Below, in pieces: positions 38,607 through 46,999 of a stretch of 64,000 nucleotides of DNA (the first letter of the stretch is position 1; every line of letters starts with the position of its first letter). The notes beneath the pieces were generated by a model. That model was not told where the DNA came from and did no database searches. It was given only the letters and a program-made list of their open reading frames with translations. The stretch comes from a virus (taxonomy: Duplodnaviria; Heunggongvirae; Uroviricota; Caudoviricetes), in the IMG/VR virus record IMGVR_UViG_3300022661_000085, positions 12,191 through 76,190 of that record. One strand, 5' to 3'. Position numbers and translations under genes: made by a program.

Positions 38607-40004
38607 ATGGATTACATCGATACTCTATTAACCAATTCAGACGCAAATGCATTCTTCGGAGTGGAGAGTCATTCATTCCCTTTCGGTAGCACCGTCCTCG
38701 AAGCAACGCTTCGTTATGTTGCCGTGGTTCATTGCCCCGAGAACATCGAAAAGGTAAAGCTGATTAAGGTTCAGTCCTCTACCTTTAGCCCCGGTGCTCG
38801 CGGCAATGATTTCGCGGCTTCGATGATGGAGTCGTCTCACAATATTCTCATTGTAGAATCGAGAAACGGAGCAGAGTTGCCTTACATTGACAAAGAGGGC
38901 TGGATTGCATTAGATACGCCTCCGTATCCTGTTGCGCCTTTCTTGAGCAAGGCATCTGCCACAGCAGTATTCCTTAACAGGGATGCACAAAAGGTTATTC
39001 TTTTTGTTAAGCGTGTTACTGAAAGATGGATTGATGAGTTCTGCTCTTCCCTTTTCAGAATTCTTCCGTGGATCTATACGGAAAACTACAGACTCACGGA
39101 AGGTGAGCTCGCACTTTTCAAGGCGGCTCACGATAAAGATTCCCCAAAGTTCACCAAGGTGGTGAACGAGCTGGCTCAGAAGTATGATTTCAAATCTATG
39201 ATGATGGCAAGAACTCTCATCGGATGGAACAATCACTTCAGAGAAGCACAGATTCGTACCCTCGAAAGCAAGTGCGACAAGGCGAGAAACAATATTGCCG
39301 CACAAGAACAGGCTATCTCAACTTTGTATATGGAGCTTGATGCCCTGCTCTTTAATCTCAACGCGATGCTTAACCAACCCGCAGATACCAACGAAGCTCT
39401 GTTTAATTTCTTCAAAACCCACAAGCAGTTGGGAGTTTACAGAGTTCAGAACAGCTCGAACGGAAAGACGTTGTATTACACAATCACCGAAACGATTGAG
39501 TATTATGACGAGGATGCTTTCGTAAGAGTAAGAGATAACCCCAATTCTTACTTCAATACGAGCACTTGTGGTGCAGAAGTCAGAGAGGTGTTTAACGCTG
39601 TATTCGCTCTCAATAAGGGAAAGTTCAGAGTTGAGGCAATGTTTACGTTGAACAATCTTTCAAGCATCAATGCCCAATCCGGTATGAGAAGTGGTGGCTA
39701 TGATGAAACACACCTTCCTCATCCTCACATCTATCATCACGCTTGTCTCGGTGGAAACCGAGATGCAATCGCCAGATATATGAATGATGGCGACTGGGAT
39801 TTGGCAATCGAGCAGACAATCGCGGCTGCCAAGAACGTCAACTTTGGAGACTCGACCGTAGTATCCAAGATGTTGAGAGATGTCGCAGGTCGCTTTGAGT
39901 CTTGCCGTTGCATTATCGCAGATAACGGCACCGAAATGACTCCCAGAGAGTTCCTTAACTACATCAGAACGGCGGAGAACAATGAAGGAGATAACAATGG
40001 CTAA
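38607..40004 (+). CDS. E2-like ubiquitin-conjugating protein (C-terminal HPx...C active-site-like motif) with a large N-terminal domain
   Basis: 465 aa. 'LPHPHIYHHACLGGNRD' resembles the E2 'HPN...C' catalytic signature. Its stop overlaps the start of the JAB gene. Confidence 0.45.
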   Translation: MDYIDTLLTNSDANAFFGVESHSFPFGSTVLEATLRYVAVVHCPENIEKVKLIKVQSSTFSPGARGNDFAASMMESSHNILIVESRNGAELPYIDKEGWIALDTPPYPVAPFLSKASATAVFLNRDAQKVILFVKRVTERWIDEFCSSLFRILPWIYTENYRLTEGELALFKAAHDKDSPKFTKVVNELAQKYDFKSMMMARTLIGWNNHFREAQIRTLESKCDKARNNIAAQEQAISTLYMELDALLFNLNAMLNQPADTNEALFNFFKTHKQLGVYRVQNSSNGKTLYYTITETIEYYDEDAFVRVRDNPNSYFNTSTCGAEVREVFNAVFALNKGKFRVEAMFTLNNLSSINAQSGMRSGGYDETHLPHPHIYHHACLGGNRDAIARYMNDGDWDLAIEQTIAAAKNVNFGDSTVVSKMLRDVAGRFESCRCIIADNGTEMTPREFLNYIRTAENNEGDNNG

Positions 40005-41001
40005 GAGAATTTATTTGTCCGATGAGGACATTCGCGCAGCTCTTGAGAAAGCAACGCAGGAACTCCGCAATACGAAGTTTCATTCCGAGGATGTCAAGGT
40101 TACACTCCCTGCTCCTAAAGACAATCGCAAAGCAAAACTTGTTTTTGCAGCCAGTGCGTGGGTGAAAATGTACGCTTTAGTTCACAAATACGGCACTGAA
40201 GTCGAGTGGCACGGGCTTGTTGAGCGCAAAGGTGAGGCAGAATTCCTCATTAAGGACATCCTCATTTTCCCTCACGAGGTTTCCAGCGCAACGGTAGTAT
40301 CCGATCAGAGATGCTACGAAGAATGGCTTGACTCCCTCGATGACGAAACCTTCAACGCCTGTCGTTTCCACGGTCATAGCCACGTAAATATGGCTGTAAG
40401 CCCGTCAGGAGTTGATATGACATACAGGAAGAACATCTTGGGCAACTTCGCTACACCGGGTGCAGGAGATGATTACTTCTACATCTTCATCATCACAAAC
40501 AAAAAAGGCGATATCAGTGGCGAAATCTACGACTTGTCGAATAACGCTTTATATGCTACCAATGAAATCGAATTCTCGGTAATCGAGATTGAAGACATCA
40601 AGAGACGCATCAAGGACGCATTCCACGATGCCATTGAGGAATATGTAGACAGGCTCACTCAAAAGAACCTTACTTCGATCAATAGTAAGGGTGAGCTTAG
40701 CTTCACGATTTCCTCTGATGTCGAGGTAGAAGATGACTTCTTCCTTTCGGAACTTATCTCTGAAGCTGAAGGCGTAGTTGTAGAGCGTAGAGTTACTGCC
40801 CCCGTATCAACCTATCCTTATCACGGCACATACAACGGAAGCGCTCCGGCAGCGGCAACAACCCCGAAGACTACCTCATCCTTGCAGAGCAAACGTCCCG
40901 ACGTCGAAGACGACGATGATTATGGACGCCAAATTTCCCTCTATGACGACGATGATGAGGACGACTACTACAAACTCTACAGAGAGAGGTGCTCAGTATG
41001 A
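39982..41001 (+). CDS. JAB/MPN (JAMM) metalloprotease, deubiquitinase-like, with an acidic Asp-rich C-terminal tail
   Basis: 'E...HGHSHVNMAVSPSGVD' is the JAMM H-x-H-x7-S-x2-D motif, with an upstream Glu ('VEWHGLVERKGE'). The C-terminal reads 'DVEDDDDYG...YDDDDEDDYY'. Confidence 0.7.
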   Translation: MKEITMAKRIYLSDEDIRAALEKATQELRNTKFHSEDVKVTLPAPKDNRKAKLVFAASAWVKMYALVHKYGTEVEWHGLVERKGEAEFLIKDILIFPHEVSSATVVSDQRCYEEWLDSLDDETFNACRFHGHSHVNMAVSPSGVDMTYRKNILGNFATPGAGDDYFYIFIITNKKGDISGEIYDLSNNALYATNEIEFSVIEIEDIKRRIKDAFHDAIEEYVDRLTQKNLTSINSKGELSFTISSDVEVEDDFFLSELISEAEGVVVERRVTAPVSTYPYHGTYNGSAPAAATTPKTTSSLQSKRPDVEDDDDYGRQISLYDDDDEDDYYKLYRERCSV

Positions 41002-41672
41002 ATCTCGTAAAATCACAGGACTACTTCAATCCTATTGACGTAACCAGCCGATGTCACATCATCGGCTGTGGCTCCGTCGGCTCTACCGTGGCAGAGCTTC
41101 TTGTTCGCCTCGGTATCACAAAGATTTCCCTCTACGACTTTGACGTCGTTTCTGCTCACAATCTGGCGAACCAGATGTTTACCAATGCAGACATCAAGCG
41201 ACTCAAGGTTGATGCGGTAAAGGATATGCTGTGTGCAATTAACCCCGAAGCCGCGAACGACATCACTGTTTACCCCGAAGGGTGGACACAGAACACACGC
41301 TTGAGTGGCTATGTTTTCCTGTGCGTTGACAACATCGACCTCAGACGTGAAATCGCTATCAAGAACAAACCCAATCAGTCCATCAAAGCAATGTTTGATT
41401 TCAGAACTCGCCTTGAGGATGCTCAGCATTATGCCGCCGACTGGAAAGATTCCCGTATGGTGGACAATCTCATCCGCAGTATGGACTTCACTCACGAAGA
41501 AGCTAAAGCTTCGACTCCTGTAACGGCGTGCAACGTTGAAATGGGAGTAGCACCCACAGTAAGAATCATCTGTTCTTACGGAGTTTCTAACTTTATGAAC
41601 TTCATCAGAAAGAAGGAACTCAAGAAAATTGTTACGATAGACGCATTCAATTTTGATATTGATGCGTTTTAA
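40989..41672 (+). CDS. E1-like (ThiF/MoeB family) activating enzyme
   Basis: 'IIGCGSVGSTVAELLVRLGI..ISLYDFDVVSAHNLANQ' is the Rossmann GxGxxG and nucleotide-binding signature of E1/ThiF. The C-terminal Cys reads 'TACNVEMGVAP'. Its start overlaps the stop of the JAB gene. Confidence 0.75.
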   Translation: MLSMNLVKSQDYFNPIDVTSRCHIIGCGSVGSTVAELLVRLGITKISLYDFDVVSAHNLANQMFTNADIKRLKVDAVKDMLCAINPEAANDITVYPEGWTQNTRLSGYVFLCVDNIDLRREIAIKNKPNQSIKAMFDFRTRLEDAQHYAADWKDSRMVDNLIRSMDFTHEEAKASTPVTACNVEMGVAPTVRIICSYGVSNFMNFIRKKELKKIVTIDAFNFDIDAF

Positions 41673-41689
41673 GTAACGCTCCGATAAAG

Positions 41690-41770
41690 AAATTCTTATC
41701 TTCACGATAAGGCTTTGGATTACATTCAAAGTGCCAAGATGTCAGAGCGAGCGACGACGCTCAGAAGGGA
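41690..41770 (+). repeat. conserved two-hairpin intergenic element, copy B
   Basis: Reads CTTATC-TTCAC-GATAAG, then GCTTTGGATTACATTCAAAG, then TGCCAAGATGTCAGAGCG..CTCAGAAGGG. Confidence 0.55.
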
Positions 41771-41906
41771 TGCAATCCGGGATACAACCAGCTCAAGCGA
41801 GCGTGGTACTGCTGGTAACTCCCGTGCACACGAGAAACCACCACCGAACACCCCCTTATGAGCCAGTTTATTAACACATTGTTAATAAATAATTGTTCAA
41901 AACATC

Positions 41907-41935
41907 TTGACAAACTCCATCTTCAGGATTACCAT
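41907..41935 (+). promoter_or_regulatory. putative promoter of the RT gene
   Basis: TTGACA(41907-12), 17 bp, then TACCAT(41930-35). Confidence 0.35.
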
Positions 41936-41995
41936 CGCAGGTTCCGCGGTCTTCATGAGATGACAATAAATAAATGTTTATAGGAGATCCACATT

Positions 41996-43390
41996 ATGCC
42001 ATACATAACTATACCGGTGCGTCAGAAAGAGTACCAGATTTCTTTCGACGACATCTTAAACGGTATCAATGAGTCGTTCTTTGCAAGGATGATGGATGAT
42101 ACCTGTGATACAAGAACGGTATATCGTGACCACACCCCGCCCCGTCTGCTTGAAAAAATCAACATCGGGGCTATGGTTGGTATGCTTGAAAAGTTCAACA
42201 ACCGCCACCGTGAGTATTTCGATGTACCCAAAGAAAACCTTTACGAAACCTTTTATCTTATGAAAAAGAACAAGGGTTTCTCGGTTGTAGTGCGTGAGAT
42301 TTTCAAGACTCACAACGCTAACTCTGGCATTTCATACAGCGGCAAAGACGTTTATGCAGATGTGTTTGCTATCTTGAAGGGATTGCTTACCAATCACCCT
42401 TGCGCAGAACACAACAGAATCGAGCAGGAATCTCTTGCTAAGTGTGTTCAGTACCTAACTCCTCTCGGATTTGAGGTAAATGAAGAGAAAATCAAATCCT
42501 TCATCAAAGCAGGGTTCCGCCGCATAGACGCACCCCGTGCTGAGTTTAAGAGCGTTCTCACCGACCTCAAAATCACCTTCGAAAACAAACTGTTCGGAAG
42601 CTATCACACCTCTGCATTTGCTTATGTCAAGGGCAGATCTACGATAGATGCTCTTAAACGTCACCAGAGAAACAATTCGCGCTGGTTCCTCAAGCTTGAT
42701 TTTTCAAACTTCTTTGGTTCCACTACTCACGAATTTGTTCTTCGTCAGCTTAGCAGCATTTTCCCTTACAGCGAGATTGTTAAGAGCGAAAGAGGTCGCG
42801 AGGCTCTGTCGAAGGCATTATCTCTCTGTTTCCTGAACGGCGTTCTTCCGCAGGGTACTCCGTTTAGCCCTACGATCACGAATATTATGATGATCCCTAT
42901 CGATCACGCCATCGCTAAGATGTGCCGTGAGCATAGCCCTCATCTCTGCTATACAAGGTATGCAGACGACATCCTCATTTCGAGCGACCTGTCGTTCACG
43001 TGGGAAGTCGATAAGGAAGGTTCCGTACAGAATGAAATCCTTGACATTCTCCGTCGTTTCAATGTTCCCTTCTCTCTTAACACCGAGAAAACCAGATATG
43101 GTTCTTCCGCCGGTCGCAACTGGAACCTTGGACTGATGCTTAACAAGGATAACGAAATCACCATCGGTCACGAAAAGCGAAAGGCTTTCAAGGCGGCGGT
43201 GTATTCCTTCTTAAACGATTACACGCATCATCGTGTGTGGGACGTTGAGGAAGTGCAGGTTCTTGGTGGACAAATTGCATACTACAGAAATGTAGAAAAG
43301 GAAAACATCGATGCAATTATTCTGGCGTATAACCAGCGCTTCGGTGTTGATATGATGCAGATCATCAAGGACATCATAAGCAATAGATAA
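41996..43390 (+). CDS. reverse transcriptase (stand-alone; retron/Abi/DRT-like, not group II or DGR type)
   Basis: RT motifs in order: 'AYVKGRSTIDALKRH' (NAxxH-like), 'FLKLDFSNFFGS' (motif A), 'LPQGTPFSPTITN' (motif B'), 'YTRYADDILISS' (YADD), 'NTEKTRYG'. There is an N-terminal extension of about 160 aa and no maturase or endonuclease domain. Confidence 0.85.
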   Translation: MPYITIPVRQKEYQISFDDILNGINESFFARMMDDTCDTRTVYRDHTPPRLLEKINIGAMVGMLEKFNNRHREYFDVPKENLYETFYLMKKNKGFSVVVREIFKTHNANSGISYSGKDVYADVFAILKGLLTNHPCAEHNRIEQESLAKCVQYLTPLGFEVNEEKIKSFIKAGFRRIDAPRAEFKSVLTDLKITFENKLFGSYHTSAFAYVKGRSTIDALKRHQRNNSRWFLKLDFSNFFGSTTHEFVLRQLSSIFPYSEIVKSERGREALSKALSLCFLNGVLPQGTPFSPTITNIMMIPIDHAIAKMCREHSPHLCYTRYADDILISSDLSFTWEVDKEGSVQNEILDILRRFNVPFSLNTEKTRYGSSAGRNWNLGLMLNKDNEITIGHEKRKAFKAAVYSFLNDYTHHRVWDVEEVQVLGGQIAYYRNVEKENIDAIILAYNQRFGVDMMQIIKDIISNR

Positions 43391-43460
43391 AAAACTTAAA
43401 TAGAAATTTTGATATACATATCAAACGTCTGATTATATTAGACGTTCCGCGAGGGTTCTT

Positions 43461-43535
43461 ACGTAGTACCGTTCTGAAGTCAAAGCCTTAAGAAACTGCG
43501 TTTCTTAAGCCAGTGATTCAGAACCGTACTACAAC
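43461..43535 (+). other. long imperfect stem-loop (~34-bp stem, 5-nt loop) downstream of the RT
   Basis: CGTAGTACCGTTCTGAAGTCAAAGCCTTAAGAAA-CTGCG-TTTCTTAAGCCAGTGATTCAGAACCGTACTACAACG. A smaller hairpin AACGTCT-GATTATATT-AGACGTT sits just upstream (43424-43447). Confidence 0.55.
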
Positions 43536-43599
43536 GAGAATTTTGATCGAGCAGATGAAAATTCTCCTTTATTGTATTTAAGTTTAACAATTACAATCG

Positions 43600-43690
43600 T
43601 TATTTCTATCGAAAGATAGGGCTTTGGGTTACACTCAAAGTACCACATTGTGAGACTGAAGAAGGCACGCAGCAGGCGCCTCCTGCAGGA
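43600..43690 (+). repeat. conserved two-hairpin intergenic element, copy C
   Basis: Reads CTATC-GAAA-GATAG, then GCTTTGGGTTACACTCAAAG, then TACCACATTGTGAGACTGAAGAAGG. Confidence 0.55.
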
Positions 43691-43907
43691 AGCTTGGACA
43701 CTGAGAGCACCTCATCAGACTCCGATTCGGGCTTTAGGTAGCAAAACCACAGAAATACCTAATATTTATGTTGGGTTTTAGACACTTTTCAACAATCATT
43801 TGCACAAATCCAAATGATTTCTTACGGTTCGCCGAAGCTGTCTCTGCCCAGTCATGATCATTCCGCCCGCTGAATTTATACGTGGATTGTAATGGAAAGG
43901 AAAACAA

Positions 43908-44345
43908 ATGTATGAAGTAACTATTTACACGGACGGGGCGTGTTCAGGAAACCCCGGCGCTGGCGGTTGGGGCGCAATTCTCTTCTACGGTCAACACTCA
44001 AAGGAAATCAGTGGTGGCGTAGCAGACACGACAAACAACCGTATGGAGCTTCAGGCAGTTATAAGTGCACTGAAGTGCTTAAAAGCACCGAGCAAAGTTT
44101 CGCTGTACAGCGATTCTGCGTATGTAGTAAATGCATTTGCTCAAGGCTGGATTGATAACTGGCAAGCATCCGGCTGGAAAACCAAGGGGAGAAAACCCGT
44201 ACAAAACAAAGAATTGTGGCTTCAGTTGCTTGCCGCTATGAAGCCTCACCAAGTTAAATTCATAAAAGTTAAAGGTCATTCTGATAACCAATACAACAAC
44301 AGATGTGATGAGCTTGCAAGAATGGCAATCGAAAAATTGAAGTGA
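43908..44345 (+). CDS. rnhA: ribonuclease HI
   Basis: 'IYTDGACSGNPGAGGWGAIL...TNNRMELQAVISAL...LYSDSAYVVN...VKGHSDNQYNNRCDELAR' carries the RNase H catalytic D, E, D, D signature in canonical order. Confidence 0.8.
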   Translation: MYEVTIYTDGACSGNPGAGGWGAILFYGQHSKEISGGVADTTNNRMELQAVISALKCLKAPSKVSLYSDSAYVVNAFAQGWIDNWQASGWKTKGRKPVQNKELWLQLLAAMKPHQVKFIKVKGHSDNQYNNRCDELARMAIEKLK

Positions 44346-45079
44346 AAGGAATACATATTATGCAACCTAAATGTGATTATTGTGACTTTTTCGGCGAGAA
44401 GTACCATTGCAACAACTGCAAACTCTTTAACAGAACGAGAACTACTCGCCTTCCGCAGGAGATGGACTGCACTCTTGAAGAACTTGTAGCATACATAAAC
44501 GGAACAGAAGATGTTACCGAGCGCTTTATGGTAGGCGACTACAAAACTATCGAGTTATATACCGGCGAGGAAGTCAAGATGATTCTTCTTGACGTCGAAA
44601 AGGACACTCTCGCAAGCGGTGGAACCGCTAAGACGACATTCGGTATTCTCAAGATGGATGACCGATACAGAATGAACCCTACAAACACAAACCGCGGCGG
44701 ATTTGCGTCGAGCACTATGAATACAGTCACTCTTGAACGCATTTACAGACTACTCCCCGATATTCTCAAGCAGAACATCAAGCTTGTTAATAAGAAGTGT
44801 TCTATGGGAGAAAACAATCCCGACATTTTGACCAGCGTACACCAACTCTTCCTTTTCAGCGAGGTTGAGATTAAGGGCGAAGCACAACATTCCTTCGCAG
44901 GAGAAGGTGAACAGTATGAGTATTTTGCAAATACCCGCCATCTCCCTTTCGAGGATTATACGTGGTTGCGTTCCCCTTACCGTGGTGACGGTCGCTACTT
45001 CTGCTACGTGTATGGCGGTGGCTTCGATTACCGCTGCGCCAGCAATCGCTACGCTGTCGCCTTCGGCTTTTGTATCTAA
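44342..45079 (+). CDS. hypothetical protein (245 aa) with an N-terminal Cys cluster
   Basis: 'CDYCDFFGEKYHCNNC'. Its start overlaps the rnhA stop. Confidence 0.4.
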   Translation: MKGIHIMQPKCDYCDFFGEKYHCNNCKLFNRTRTTRLPQEMDCTLEELVAYINGTEDVTERFMVGDYKTIELYTGEEVKMILLDVEKDTLASGGTAKTTFGILKMDDRYRMNPTNTNRGGFASSTMNTVTLERIYRLLPDILKQNIKLVNKKCSMGENNPDILTSVHQLFLFSEVEIKGEAQHSFAGEGEQYEYFANTRHLPFEDYTWLRSPYRGDGRYFCYVYGGGFDYRCASNRYAVAFGFCI

Positions 45080-45130
45080 TCTTTAATAAACACAAATCCG
45101 CACCGTTTTGGTGCGGATGAAAGGACTCAT

Positions 45131-45352
45131 ATGCACAAGTATAAAATTGAGTTGGTTACCATAACCGACATTCAAAACTTTGTTAACGTGGTATCCTCTC
45201 TGCCCGGTAAGATTATGTTGACGGACGGTAGCGACTTCTGCGTTAATGCCAAGAGTTTGCTTGGGGCAATGGCGACGGTCGAATGGAGCGAACTGTACTG
45301 TGTTGCTTCTGAGCCGATCTACACAAGCATTCAGAAATTCTGCATTTCGTGA
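45131..45352 (+). CDS. small hypothetical protein (73 aa)
   Basis: ORF. It follows the hairpin AAATCCGCACCGTTTTGGTGCGGATG (45094-45120), which is likely a terminator. Confidence 0.3.
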   Translation: MHKYKIELVTITDIQNFVNVVSSLPGKIMLTDGSDFCVNAKSLLGAMATVEWSELYCVASEPIYTSIQKFCIS

Positions 45353-45359
45353 GGTAGTT

Positions 45360-45665
45360 ATGGAGCACAAAACATTTTACTTCCCAATCCGCGGTGAAAG
45401 ATACGTTCCCTCTATGCATCACGCATTGGCTGAAATATTAAATTGCATTCTCAATGCAAAGCCTATCAGAATATACACCACCAAGGAGTTCGCCGAAGAG
45501 GCTGGCAGAAATATGCTTTTCGATGATGACACCTTTGCAATCTTCGAGGTTGAATTGTCGGCGTGTGTTTCAATCTATGAAAGAGATTTCAGAAACAATG
45601 AAATCAAGCGACATCATTGTTTTGCCAAAGATAAAATCTGGCGTTACTTTGGAATCGTCAAATAA
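45360..45665 (+). CDS. hypothetical protein (101 aa)
   Basis: Start is 'MEHKTFYF', internal to the 45246 ORF. Confidence 0.35.
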   Translation: MEHKTFYFPIRGERYVPSMHHALAEILNCILNAKPIRIYTTKEFAEEAGRNMLFDDDTFAIFEVELSACVSIYERDFRNNEIKRHHCFAKDKIWRYFGIVK

Positions 45666-45700
45666 TTTAAATCAAATTCTACTTTGATGGAAGGAAAATT

Positions 45701-45904
45701 ATGAAAAAGTACATCAATTTGAGGACTTTTATGTCTCTCTTGTATCTTTTGACATTCATCTTCCTCGCGGTTTTGATGAATCACTTCCCGCAAGCTCTTT
45801 CTGCGGAGCCAACTATTCTCGGAGCAATTCTCTGCGGAACGAATATCGGCATGGCAACGGTGCTTTTCATCGATGCAATTCGATCATCCAAAGAAAAGAA
45901 GTGA
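45701..45904 (+). CDS. small membrane protein (67 aa)
   Basis: Two hydrophobic helices. Confidence 0.3.
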   Translation: MKKYINLRTFMSLLYLLTFIFLAVLMNHFPQALSAEPTILGAILCGTNIGMATVLFIDAIRSSKEKK

Positions 45905-45911
45905 CATCGAT

Positions 45912-46385
45912 ATGAAATATTTTTTGATTGCCGATACACACTTCGGTCACGAAAACATCATCCGATACTGCAACCGCCCATTCAGGACGGCTGAGGAAAT
46001 GAACAGAGTGCTTATCCAAAATTGGAATAGCACCGTATCCAAAAATGACACTGTGTTTGTTCTTGGTGATTTTGCTTTCGGCAAGGAGTTGATTAAGGAA
46101 ATCGCTCCGAAGTTGAACGGAAGGAAAATCTTAATCAAGGGCAACCACGATGACTATAGAAATGAATACTATCGCAACTGTGGTTTTGAGGAAGTAAGCG
46201 AATACCCAATCTTGTTTGGCTTCTATCTGTTAAGCCACGAGCCGTTACAGCTCAGCGAAACCACACCGTATTTCAATTACTATGGTCACGTCCACAACGA
46301 TACAAAGTATGTGGACAACCTAACAAGCCGATGCGTAAGCGTCGAAAGAATTGGCTATAAGCCATTCTGCTTTTACGAAACATAA
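45912..46385 (+). CDS. calcineurin-like metallophosphoesterase
   Basis: Start is 'MKYFLIADTHFGHENI' (the D-x-H motif), followed by 'VLGDFAFG' and 'KGNHDD'. Confidence 0.65.
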   Translation: MKYFLIADTHFGHENIIRYCNRPFRTAEEMNRVLIQNWNSTVSKNDTVFVLGDFAFGKELIKEIAPKLNGRKILIKGNHDDYRNEYYRNCGFEEVSEYPILFGFYLLSHEPLQLSETTPYFNYYGHVHNDTKYVDNLTSRCVSVERIGYKPFCFYET

Positions 46386-46404
46386 AAAAAGTTTAAATAG
46401 GTAT

Positions 46405-46470
46405 GTCGGATCCCCTTATACATAATCCGAGCTTTTGATTACATCAAAAGTGCCTCGATGTTGAAAGTGA
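46405..46470 (+). repeat. conserved two-hairpin intergenic element, copy D (longer stem, same TTACA loop)
   Basis: Reads TCGGAT-(13 nt)-ATCCGA, then GCTTTTGATTACATCAAAAG, then TGCCTCGATGTTGAAAGTG. Confidence 0.5.
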
Positions 46471-46579
46471 ATTCAAATAAAAACAGTCGCAAAGCGACTG
46501 TTTGGAGGCTGGTTTTATAACGAATGCACCTCCAAGAGGAGCATTCCAAACGGTATTTAAACGGAATAGGAGAGGTACT

Positions 46580-46990
46580 ATGGACAACGAAAAGATTGTT
46601 GATATGAACGAAGAAGAAATGGACGAACAGTTCATTGAGGTAAAGCTTGATATCCTGCTCACCAATGAGGATATCGATGATATTATGTGTGCTGCTCTTG
46701 AGGGCGGTATCAACTATTGGTGCGGCAAAGCAAAGGTTGTCGGCAAGTACCTTGGCGATTATGCAAGCGAGCAGATCTCTCGCGGCGGCACTCTGAAGCT
46801 GTACGATGGTGAGTCTGGTGAAGAGTTCGAACTCACAAAAGAAAAGTTCATCAAAGGACTTATCAAACACTTGGAAGATGGTCGTTCTGACCTTATCTCC
46901 CAAGGAATGATTGATACCGGCGCCCTTGATGCTTGTGACGCCGATGCAATCATTCAGTATGCGCTCTTCGACGAAGTAGTTTATGGATGA
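46580..46990 (+). CDS. acidic hypothetical protein (136 aa)
   Basis: Start is 'MDNEKIV' after a GGAGAGGTACT RBS. Confidence 0.35.
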   Translation: MDNEKIVDMNEEEMDEQFIEVKLDILLTNEDIDDIMCAALEGGINYWCGKAKVVGKYLGDYASEQISRGGTLKLYDGESGEEFELTKEKFIKGLIKHLEDGRSDLISQGMIDTGALDACDADAIIQYALFDEVVYG

Positions 46991-46999
46991 GGTGACGGT

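Noticed and set aside
41996-43390. Group II intron-encoded RT
   Set aside because: No maturase X or endonuclease domain. No recognisable domain V/VI RNA structure in the flanks. The YADD RT core is preceded by a non-intron-like N-terminal extension.
41690-43690. DGR (template/variable repeat) interpretation of the repeats flanking the RT
   Set aside because: Differences between copies are not adenine-specific. The RT has QGxxxSP rather than the DGR-type SQ motif. No target gene carries a matching VR.
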